Assembly: GCA_018697035.1 (NCBI GenBank)
Contig: JABHSE010000004.1
Location: 131,300-195,299 of the forward strand
DNA length: 64,000 nucleotides
Source of the DNA: an archaeon
GTDB lineage: Archaea; Nanobdellota; Nanobdellia; Pacearchaeales; GW2011-AR1
Direction of reading: 5' to 3'
A program made the position numbers and the translations under genes. Under the pieces are notes generated by a model. It saw only the letters and a program-made list of their open reading frames with translations, did not search any database and was not told the origin of the DNA. Shown here piece by piece: positions 54,140-61,447 of this stretch (position 1 is the stretch's first letter; every line of letters begins with the position of its first letter).

Positions 54140-54535
54140 ATGAAATACAAACTCCTCCTAACCCTCTTTGCAATATCCCTAGCATTTTCAATCCTACTAG
54201 CCTTCACCCCAACCGACAAACTCTGCGGCCCCGAAACATCATCCTGCTCAATCGTTCAAAACTCCGAATACAAAGAAATACTAGGAATCAACAACGCTAT
54301 TCTCGGGATAACAGCATTCACAATCCTAATCGCAATAACAATCCTCCACATCAAAAACCCAAGAAAAGAAACAAAAACCTTCCTGGCACTAGGAGTCCTC
54401 TTCTCAACAATCGGAGCCCTCTACTTCATCTATCTCCAACTCTTCGTCATCAAAGCCCTCTGCCCCTACTGCATGGCAATCGACATCTCGACAATCCTCG
54501 CTCTAATAATTCTAGCCACAAAGAAGGAACTATGA
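54140..54535 (+). CDS. Vitamin K epoxide reductase (VKOR) family membrane protein
   Basis: A Cys pair in CGPETSSCSIVQNSEY, a CPYC redox motif, and about four TM helices. Confidence 0.7.
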   Translation: MKYKLLLTLFAISLAFSILLAFTPTDKLCGPETSSCSIVQNSEYKEILGINNAILGITAFTILIAITILHIKNPRKETKTFLALGVLFSTIGALYFIYLQLFVIKALCPYCMAIDISTILALIILATKKEL

Positions 54536-54744
54536 GATTAACAATTAAAGTTCAGCCAAATTCCTCCAAGCAAGAAATACAAAAAGACATCGACGGCACA
54601 ATATCAAAAGTCTATCTCCAAAAACCAGCTAAAGAAAACAAGGCAAACACCGAGCTAGAAAAGTTTCTAACAAAACATTTTGGCAAGAAAGCAAAGATAA
54701 TAAAAGGTCACACCTCCAAAACAAAGGTAATAGAGGTAAAATAA
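54532..54744 (+). CDS. DUF167 (YggU-like) protein
   Basis: LTIKVQPNSSKQEI...KPAKENKANTELEKFLTKHFGKKAKIIKGHTSKTKVIEV fits the YggU pattern (v.P.a....i......apP..GkAN..l..fL...........G..sr.K.i.i). Confidence 0.7.
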   Translation: MRLTIKVQPNSSKQEIQKDIDGTISKVYLQKPAKENKANTELEKFLTKHFGKKAKIIKGHTSKTKVIEVK

Positions 54745-54746
54745 AA

Positions 54747-55151
54747 ATAGTAATAAAATATCATCAAGCTCCAGACATAAAAGAAGAGGCGAAAAAAGTA
54801 ATTGAAACTCTCGGGCTAAACCACGTTCTTCTCGAACACGTCGCCTTCCTAAGAAGCACAGGTTCCAAGGCCAGATATACAATAGCCAGATGCCACGCCC
54901 TCGGAAAAGCGATGCAAATAGGAATGGGAAGAAAAAAAGGATTCTATCTAATTGAAGTCATTTCAGAAAGATTCGACAAGCTCTCAAGCGAAGAACAAAC
55001 CAAGGTCATAATTCACGAGCTAATGCACATCCCAAAAGCATTCGGTGGCGGCTTCATTCACCACGACAAAGTACACGAAAAGTCTGTCAAGGAAATGTAT
55101 AAAAAATATTGCGAGTTAAAAAAAGGAGATCATTCAATAGAATGGCTTTAG
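54747..55151 (+). CDS. Putative zinc metallopeptidase (HExxH); 5' end unresolved
   Basis: HELMH motif in IIHELMHIPKAFGGGFIHH. The frame is open back to 54633 and encodes protein-like sequence (KYHQAPDIKEEAKKVIETLGLNHV..RSTGSKARYTIARCHALGK). There is no ATG, GTG or TTG before 54912. Confidence 0.5.
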   Translation: MVIKYHQAPDIKEEAKKVIETLGLNHVLLEHVAFLRSTGSKARYTIARCHALGKAMQIGMGRKKGFYLIEVISERFDKLSSEEQTKVIIHELMHIPKAFGGGFIHHDKVHEKSVKEMYKKYCELKKGDHSIEWL

Positions 55152-55441
55152 AAAAAATAACCTACTATATCGACGGTAAAAGGAAAACAATCTTTGCTAA
55201 AAAATTAAAATCATCGTGGGAAATGGGAACAGGATTAATGTTTAAAAAAAATTCTCCACCATTATTTTTCACGTCAAAGATCAAATGGAATCCAATCACA
55301 TCTATTTTTTGCAAACCCTTCAAAGCCATTTGGCTCGACGATAAATTCCATTCTACAAAAGTTCTCGATGTCAAAACCTGGAAACTCAATATTTCAGGCC
55401 GCGGAAGATATCTCTTGGAGATACCTTTAACTACTAAATAG
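55142..55441 (+). CDS. Possible DUF192-family protein
   Basis: The ATG at 55142 has GGAG upstream. EMGTGLMFKK..PLFF.. weakly resembles the DUF192 GLM..GMLF pattern. Confidence 0.4.
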   Translation: MALEKITYYIDGKRKTIFAKKLKSSWEMGTGLMFKKNSPPLFFTSKIKWNPITSIFCKPFKAIWLDDKFHSTKVLDVKTWKLNISGRGRYLLEIPLTTK

Positions 55442-55546
55442 TGCAAATCTCCGTCGACAAATTCATTATTATTAATAGAAACATTTAAATAGAAAATCAA
55501 CTCTAAAAAAATTAAGTTTACAAAGAGGTAAAAAGGAGGTTAAAAA

Positions 55547-55744
55547 ATGGGAAAAATTATCGCAAAAAATGTTGTTGAACGGAAATCCGGATTTCTATAT
55601 TATGTAGATGGAAAGGGTAACGTTTGCGAAGCTAAGATGGCTCGAGGCGGAAAGAAGAAAAAGAAAGTAGCTAAGAAAGTAGCTAAAAAGAAAGTAGCTA
55701 AAAAGCCAGTTAAGAAAAAAGTAGCTAAGAAAAAGAAGAAGTAA
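55547..55744 (+). CDS. Small lysine-rich basic protein with a (V)AKK-repeat tail
   Basis: 65 aa with RBS AAAAGGAGG. An ordered N-terminal ~30 aa (GFLYYVDGKGNVCEAKM) is followed by KKKKKVAKKVAKKKVAKKPVKKKVAKKKKK. Confidence 0.6.
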   Translation: MGKIIAKNVVERKSGFLYYVDGKGNVCEAKMARGGKKKKKVAKKVAKKKVAKKPVKKKVAKKKKK

Positions 55745-55912
55745 ATCTTCATTATAAATTATTTTTTTTATTAAATCATATTCAATGAATCTCCCTTGTT
55801 AGGGAGCTTGGGAGATTCATTATAATTTTGCCGAGCTTGTTTGATTCATCAAATGCCCCCTAGGCATGAGGTACACCCTTGGGTGCCAAAACCAAATTCT
55901 ATCCTTTTCTAA

Positions 55913-58459
55913 CTATTTCAACCGCTTCCTCAGCTCCCCAACCCTTCCCCTCAAAAATATAGCCCTCTCAAAGTCAAGAAGCTCCGCAGCCTCTTTCATA
56001 TCCGCCTCCAACTCAATAATCACATTCTTAATTTCCGCCTTAGGAATACTCTTAACATCCTTAATCTCAACCTGCTTATCCCGAATCGGCTTAACAATCG
56101 TCTTCGGAGTAATCCCATGCTTCTCATTATAAGCAACCTGAATCTTCCGACGCCTAGTAGTCTCCCCCATCGCCTTCTTAATACTCCCCGTAACATTATC
56201 AGCATAAAGCACAACCCGAGCCTCCGAATTTCTAGCAGCCCTTCCAATAATCTGAATCAAGCTCCGAGCATCTCGCAAGAACCCTTCCTTATCCGCATCC
56301 AACACCCCAACAAACCCAATCTCCGGAATATCAATCCCCTCCCGGAGCAAATTAATCCCAACCAAAACATCAAACTTCCCCAGCCTAAGCTCCCGCAAAA
56401 TCTCTGTCCTCTCAAACGTATCAATCTCCGAATGCATATACCGACACTTCACACCATTCTCCCCCAAAAAATCCGTCAACTCCTCCGCCATCCTCTTAGT
56501 AAGCGTAGTAAGCAAAACCCTCGAACCACTCTTAACAGCCTTATCAATCTCAACTAAACAATCTCTAACCTGACCTCCATAACTTTCAATATCTCTTCTT
56601 CCAACTACTTCTTCAACCAACTCTGGAAACTCTTTATTCCCACAACCAAAATGCTTCCTATCTTCAAGTTCAATATACCTCCCACCCAACTTCTCATAAA
56701 AGAGCTTAGCACTCTTAACAATATGATCCTTATCATTAGAAACAAAAATAATCATCTCCTCAATCCTATCTTTAATACTTTCATCAATCTCAAAATCTTT
56801 AAACTTATGAAAACAACTAGGACTATCCTTAAAAGGAAATCTAGAAGGAGCAACAAAAATCAGCTTCTTTATCTTTCTTTTAGTTTCTCCAAGCCATCTT
56901 GTCAAAAAAACAGCTCCATTACTATGCCCAATCAAAATACTATCCTCATTAACTTCTATTTTTTCAAACTCCTTTTTCCAATCTTCATACTTCGGACAAT
57001 AGTTTTTAGGCATCAAAGGGATATCTATTCTTACGTTTTCTTTCTTCAATTCTTTTCCAAACCAAGTATACCAATTCCTTTCATTTATAGGGCGCCTACC
57101 AGCCTTAATTTTTTCCTTATCCCTAAGAGCAGAGCCATGAACCAAAACAATATTTCCCTTCTCTACCGGACTAATCCTCCGAATCTCAACCTCCGGATCA
57201 ACCAACCCAGTAGGCCGAATAATCTGCTCAACAACCCCCTCACTCTTTCCCCCTTCATAATCTCCAGGAGTAGCCGAAACAAAAACAGCTGAATTACTTT
57301 TCAAGTATTTCTCAAATTCCTTAAACATCAAAGGCCGATTGTCATATGCACTAGTCAACCGAAATCCATAATCAATCAAATTCTTCTTCCGAGCTTTATC
57401 TCCATTAAACATCCCACTAACTTGAGGAATGGTCCTATGCGATTCATCAATAATCATAAGAAAATCATTCTTAGGAAAATAATCAAGCAAACAAAACGCC
57501 TGCTCCCCTTCCTTCCGTCCATCAAAATGCCGCGAATAGTTCTCAATCCCCTTACAGGTCCCAGTTTCCTGCATCATTTCAACATCAAAATTCGTCCTCT
57601 GCTTCAGCCGGTGCGCAATCAATTCATCATCATGCATATTCAAATCAATCTTCAACTGATCCCGAATCTCACCAACAGCACGATCAAAGACCTCCTCCGG
57701 CACAACATAATTCCGAGCAGGCCAAACATAAAAATACTTCATCCTTTCAACCACTTCCCCAGTATTCTTATCAATCTCAGCTATACGTTCAATCTCATCC
57801 CCAAAAAATTCAATCCTAATAATATTGTCCGAATACCCCGGCACAAAATCCACAACATCCCCCTTAACTCTAAACTTCCCAGATTTTAAATCCAAATCAT
57901 TCCTCTCAAAAGTCATTCCAACTAACTTTCCAATAAAATCTTTCCGGCCAATACTATCCCCGACATTCAAATCACACCCCATCTTCTTGTAAGTCTTAGG
58001 GCTCCCCAACCCGTAAATACAGCTAACACTCGCAACAACAATCACATCATTTCGACTAAGTAAACTAGCAGTAGTCGCATGCCTCATCTGCTCAATCCTA
58101 GGATTTATAGCACTATCCTTCTCAATAAACTGATCCTTAGCAGGAAGATAGCTCTCAGGCTGATAATAATCATAATAAGAAATAAAATATTCAACCCGAT
58201 TCTCAGGAAAAAACTCCCGCATCTCCTCATACAACTGCGCCGCCAAAGTCTTATTATGAGCAAGAACAAGAGTAGGCTTCCCAACCTTAGCAATAACATT
58301 AGCCATAGTAAAAGTCTTCCCCGACCCAGTCACCCCAAGCAAAGTCTGCATATTCTTTCCCGATTTCATCCCGCTAATCAATCCCTTAATAGCAGCGGCT
58401 TGGTCACCTGCAGGCTTAAACTTACTCTTCAATTTAAATTTCTTCTTCTCAATATCCAT
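55913..58459 (-). CDS. uvrB: Excinuclease ABC subunit B with an inserted ~200-aa alpha/beta-hydrolase domain
   Basis: GVTGSGKTFT, IIDESH, IRPTGLVDPEVEIR and LVGINLLREGIDIPE..DADKEGFLR..IGRAARN are all UvrB hallmarks. The product is 848 aa versus about 660-670 aa typical. The insert spans residues ~428-628 (nt ~56576-57178). Confidence 0.95.
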   Translation of the reverse strand: MDIEKKKFKLKSKFKPAGDQAAAIKGLISGMKSGKNMQTLLGVTGSGKTFTMANVIAKVGKPTLVLAHNKTLAAQLYEEMREFFPENRVEYFISYYDYYQPESYLPAKDQFIEKDSAINPRIEQMRHATTASLLSRNDVIVVASVSCIYGLGSPKTYKKMGCDLNVGDSIGRKDFIGKLVGMTFERNDLDLKSGKFRVKGDVVDFVPGYSDNIIRIEFFGDEIERIAEIDKNTGEVVERMKYFYVWPARNYVVPEEVFDRAVGEIRDQLKIDLNMHDDELIAHRLKQRTNFDVEMMQETGTCKGIENYSRHFDGRKEGEQAFCLLDYFPKNDFLMIIDESHRTIPQVSGMFNGDKARKKNLIDYGFRLTSAYDNRPLMFKEFEKYLKSNSAVFVSATPGDYEGGKSEGVVEQIIRPTGLVDPEVEIRRISPVEKGNIVLVHGSALRDKEKIKAGRRPINERNWYTWFGKELKKENVRIDIPLMPKNYCPKYEDWKKEFEKIEVNEDSILIGHSNGAVFLTRWLGETKRKIKKLIFVAPSRFPFKDSPSCFHKFKDFEIDESIKDRIEEMIIFVSNDKDHIVKSAKLFYEKLGGRYIELEDRKHFGCGNKEFPELVEEVVGRRDIESYGGQVRDCLVEIDKAVKSGSRVLLTTLTKRMAEELTDFLGENGVKCRYMHSEIDTFERTEILRELRLGKFDVLVGINLLREGIDIPEIGFVGVLDADKEGFLRDARSLIQIIGRAARNSEARVVLYADNVTGSIKKAMGETTRRRKIQVAYNEKHGITPKTIVKPIRDKQVEIKDVKSIPKAEIKNVIIELEADMKEAAELLDFERAIFLRGRVGELRKRLK

Positions 58460-58502
58460 AGTATATCACGATAAAACCCAATTATAACATTTTCGTTAGT
58501 AG

Positions 58503-60065
58503 TCACTCCCTCAACTTCTTACTCCTCAACAACCTCTGATAAGCAATCGCAAACCGATGTGCCTCATCACGAATCTCAATCAAAAGTTTCAAAGCCTTCC
58601 CTCGCCTATCTAATTTAACACCACTAGACCTCCCAGGCAAAAATACCTCCTCCTCTCTCTTCGCAATCCCCAAAACCGGAATCTTCAACCTCAACTCTTC
58701 CAAAACATCCAACACAACCCCAAGCTGCCCCTTCCCTCCATCAACAACAATCAAATCCGGCATCACCTGCTCCTTACTCCCAACCTCTAACCCCGAACCC
58801 CTAACCAGGCGCGAGTACCTCCGCCTCACAACCTCACTCATAGCAGCATAGTCATCATTAACATCCCCGCCCCGAATCCGAAACTTCCGATAGTTACTCT
58901 TATCTGCCTTCCCATCTCGAAACTGCACCATACTCGCAACAACATCCGTCCCATTCAAATGAGAAACATCAAAACACTCAATCACCCTAGGCAAAAAATT
59001 CAAATTCAACTTATCTCGCAAATCCTTAATCTTATCACTATCTCCAAAAACAGCAATCTCAACATTCTTCTTAACAAGCTCAAGCAACTTCATCTTCTCT
59101 CCAACCTTAGGAACAACAACCCTAGCGCCTTTATCCTTAAGAAAGTTCTTCAACCCCGAATCAACATTCACAGGCAAAACAACTTCACGCGGAACATCAT
59201 AGTCCGAATAAAACTGGACCAAAAACTCTTCCAAGAAATTAGGCGTCCATTCAAATTCAAAACTCTGCTTATTCTCAAGTATACCCTTCCGAGCATTAAA
59301 CAAAATAAGGTATACAGTACCATCATGCACTATCCAATTAATAAAATCCTCATCATACGTTTTATCCCTCTCCATCTTCTGCCTGTCTCCCAGTTCTTTA
59401 ACACTTCGAATCTGCTCCCGAATCTCTAGCGCCCTCTCAAACTCCTTATCCCGAGAAAACATCTTCATCCTCTTGTCCAATATCTCAACAACCCCACGAG
59501 TCTTACCCTTCAACACCATCTCAGCACTTTTAACATCCGCCAAATAATCCGCCTTAGAAATATGCCCCTCGCACGGCCCAGAGCAAAGCCCAATATCAAA
59601 CCTCATACATCTCCTCTTAGGCAACCTCTTGCAAGTCCGAATCTTAAAAGTTTTCCGGAGCGCATGAAGCACATAGTCTCTAGACATCCCCGAAACAAAC
59701 GGCCCATAAAACTTACCCTTACCCTCACGCTTCCGAGCAACAAGCATCCTCGGAAACTCATCATCAGTTCTCTCAATATACGCATACCGCTTACTATCTT
59801 TCAAGTCAATATTATATCTAGGTTTAAACTTCTTAATCAAATTATTCTCCAAAATCAAAGCCTCAACCTCCGAATCCGTCACAACAAAATCAACATCCTT
59901 AATTTTAGAAACAAGAATATTTGTTTTAATATCCTCATGCTCCTTAAAGTAACTCTTAACTCGTTTGTCTAGACTCTTTGCCTTCCCAACATAAATCACT
60001 TTGTCTTTAGAGTCCTTAAATAAATAGCATCCAGGATTTTTTGGGATATGACTTAGATTTATCAT
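58503..60065 (-). CDS. uvrC: Excinuclease ABC subunit C, short form (520 aa; apparently no C-terminal (HhH)2 domain)
   Basis: N-terminal GIY-YIG: PGCYLFKDSKDKVIYVGKAKSLDKRVKSYF. The ORF ends at IRDEAHRFAIAYQRLLRSKKLRE, i.e. just after the RNase-H-like endonuclease domain. Confidence 0.9.
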   Translation of the reverse strand: MINLSHIPKNPGCYLFKDSKDKVIYVGKAKSLDKRVKSYFKEHEDIKTNILVSKIKDVDFVVTDSEVEALILENNLIKKFKPRYNIDLKDSKRYAYIERTDDEFPRMLVARKREGKGKFYGPFVSGMSRDYVLHALRKTFKIRTCKRLPKRRCMRFDIGLCSGPCEGHISKADYLADVKSAEMVLKGKTRGVVEILDKRMKMFSRDKEFERALEIREQIRSVKELGDRQKMERDKTYDEDFINWIVHDGTVYLILFNARKGILENKQSFEFEWTPNFLEEFLVQFYSDYDVPREVVLPVNVDSGLKNFLKDKGARVVVPKVGEKMKLLELVKKNVEIAVFGDSDKIKDLRDKLNLNFLPRVIECFDVSHLNGTDVVASMVQFRDGKADKSNYRKFRIRGGDVNDDYAAMSEVVRRRYSRLVRGSGLEVGSKEQVMPDLIVVDGGKGQLGVVLDVLEELRLKIPVLGIAKREEEVFLPGRSSGVKLDRRGKALKLLIEIRDEAHRFAIAYQRLLRSKKLRE

Positions 60066-60105
60066 AATTGTATTAAGTGTAGTATAGATTTAAGGTTTGT
60101 GGATA

Positions 60106-60261
60106 ATGAATTACATGAGAAACGTCCGAGCAAAAAACATCGGCTGGCGAATAGATTATTTTCTGCTTTCTAAATCTTTGAAAGACAAGATTAAGAAGGC
60201 ATATATTTTAACAGAAGTCATGGGCTCTGATTATAGTCCGGTTTTATTAGAAATATTTTAG
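60106..60261 (+). pseudogene. xth: Remnant of an exodeoxyribonuclease III (xth/ExoIII-family) C-terminus
   Basis: The 51-codon ORF ..RAKNIGWRIDYFLLSKSLKDKIKKAYILTEVMGSDYSPVLLEIF matches the ExoIII C-terminal motif GWRIDY...GSDHxPV, with the catalytic His replaced by Tyr. No upstream part of the gene is present. Confidence 0.55.
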
Positions 60262-60266
60262 ACGCC

Positions 60267-60284
60267 CCAACCGATACTAGTGAG
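60267..60284. repeat. 18-nt direct repeat, copy 1, flanking a 1.15-kb AT-rich two-gene insert
   Basis: ccaaccgatactagtgag compared with ccaaccgatagtagtgag at 61429-61446 (1 mismatch). Confidence 0.75.
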
Positions 60285-60301
60285 GGAGTTTGATTATTTT
60301 A

Positions 60302-61123
60302 TTAATCGGTAGATATTTCTTCTATCTTGGTATTTCTTCCTTTTATGCCCATGTCGGAACAAAAATATTCATGAGAAATAATTATTTGATATTCTTGTTG
60401 CAAAATTGGAATAGCATCATCTACTTTTTTAATATTTTCATCTCCTAACGCATGTACAATAATATATGGTATATTCTCAATGCCAAGTCTTTTACTTATC
60501 TCCCTAAATATTATCCTATTATTTGTGTCATTATTTACAAAAACAGCTGTTGGGAAAAAATGTAATAATGATTCAAGGTATTTATTAAAATTTTTATCTG
60601 TATTTGGAAATTTTTCTAATTCTATTAAGGTTGGTATTATCAAAGAATCAAAATACTTCGCGGTCATAAGGTTTAACATCTTTTTCCCATCTTTTGGAAA
60701 TTTTTTATCAAGCTGAAGAATAAGTTTTGAGATTAATCCCCTTTTGTATTTATTATTATTTGAGAGCATTGCTTTATGTACGGCCCTAGCCATGAATATT
60801 GCTTTCATGTATTTTTTATTTGTATATTTATCCAAAAAATTCAAATCTTTACTTCCAACAGCTGCCTCCTTTATGGTACTAAAAGAGTCCTGCAAATCTT
60901 CATGTATTATGTTATGAGGGTATGAATCATGTGCAATACCGAGATAATTTTCTGCATTTATGGCCTCTAATATTTTTGCCTTTTCTTTTGGATCTGTTAT
61001 TTTTTTGCCGTTTATAGCTACATTATTATCCTTACCTGTGACATTAACAGTTACACTTTTATCTATTTTAACTAAAGATAAAGATGGAATAGCTCCAAGT
61101 AATGCTAAAAGACCCATAATCAA
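60302..61123 (-). CDS. Hypothetical protein with N-terminal signal/TM segment
   Basis: 273-aa ORF beginning MIMGLLALLGAIPSLSL. Its composition (AT-rich, no C>G skew) differs from the flanking uvr genes. Confidence 0.5.
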   Translation of the reverse strand: MIMGLLALLGAIPSLSLVKIDKSVTVNVTGKDNNVAINGKKITDPKEKAKILEAINAENYLGIAHDSYPHNIIHEDLQDSFSTIKEAAVGSKDLNFLDKYTNKKYMKAIFMARAVHKAMLSNNNKYKRGLISKLILQLDKKFPKDGKKMLNLMTAKYFDSLIIPTLIELEKFPNTDKNFNKYLESLLHFFPTAVFVNNDTNNRIIFREISKRLGIENIPYIIVHALGDENIKKVDDAIPILQQEYQIIISHEYFCSDMGIKGRNTKIEEISTD

Positions 61124-61126
61124 AAC

Positions 61127-61366
61127 CTATTTATCTAATGTTCTTAGAAAAAATTGCACAAGCTCAGAAGTATCCTTTCTTATAAAAACCTTAGACCCTT
61201 TTAGTACACCACCAAATTCTTTTTCTTTTATTGCCTTATTATCTACCAGGGACACTATTGGTTTATCTATGTCGATAAGACTTCTTTTGTTCTTAGTTAT
61301 GCCTATAGAATTTAATACAAAGTCCCTTGAATCGTTATCAAAAGTAATTGTTATTTCCGGTGCCAT
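61127..61366 (-). CDS. Hypothetical small protein
   Basis: 79-aa ORF ending 3 nt upstream of the next gene's start, on the same strand. Confidence 0.45.
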   Translation of the reverse strand: MAPEITITFDNDSRDFVLNSIGITKNKRSLIDIDKPIVSLVDNKAIKEKEFGGVLKGSKVFIRKDTSELVQFFLRTLDK

Positions 61367-61428
61367 CTTCTCTTAATACAATTCACATTTACTATTTAAA
61401 AGTTTTGTGTATCTTGGATTTCTATTAT

Positions 61429-61446
61429 CCAACCGATAGTAGTGAG
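61429..61446. repeat. 18-nt direct repeat, copy 2 (immediately downstream of the uvrA stop)
   Basis: See 60267-60284. Confidence 0.75.
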
Positions 61447-61447
61447 C

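Noticed and set aside
56576-57178. The UvrB insertion considered as an intein.
   Set aside because: It has no N-terminal Cys/Ser/Thr, no C-terminal His-Asn plus nucleophile, and no intein block motifs. The sequence instead shows a GHSxG nucleophile elbow typical of alpha/beta hydrolases.
56020-59972. Series of 130-213-aa plus-strand ORFs and some minus-strand alternative-frame ORFs across uvrB and uvrC.
   Set aside because: They are antisense or out of frame relative to genes with clear UvrB and UvrC motifs. They have the same low-complexity composition and are skew-generated artefacts.
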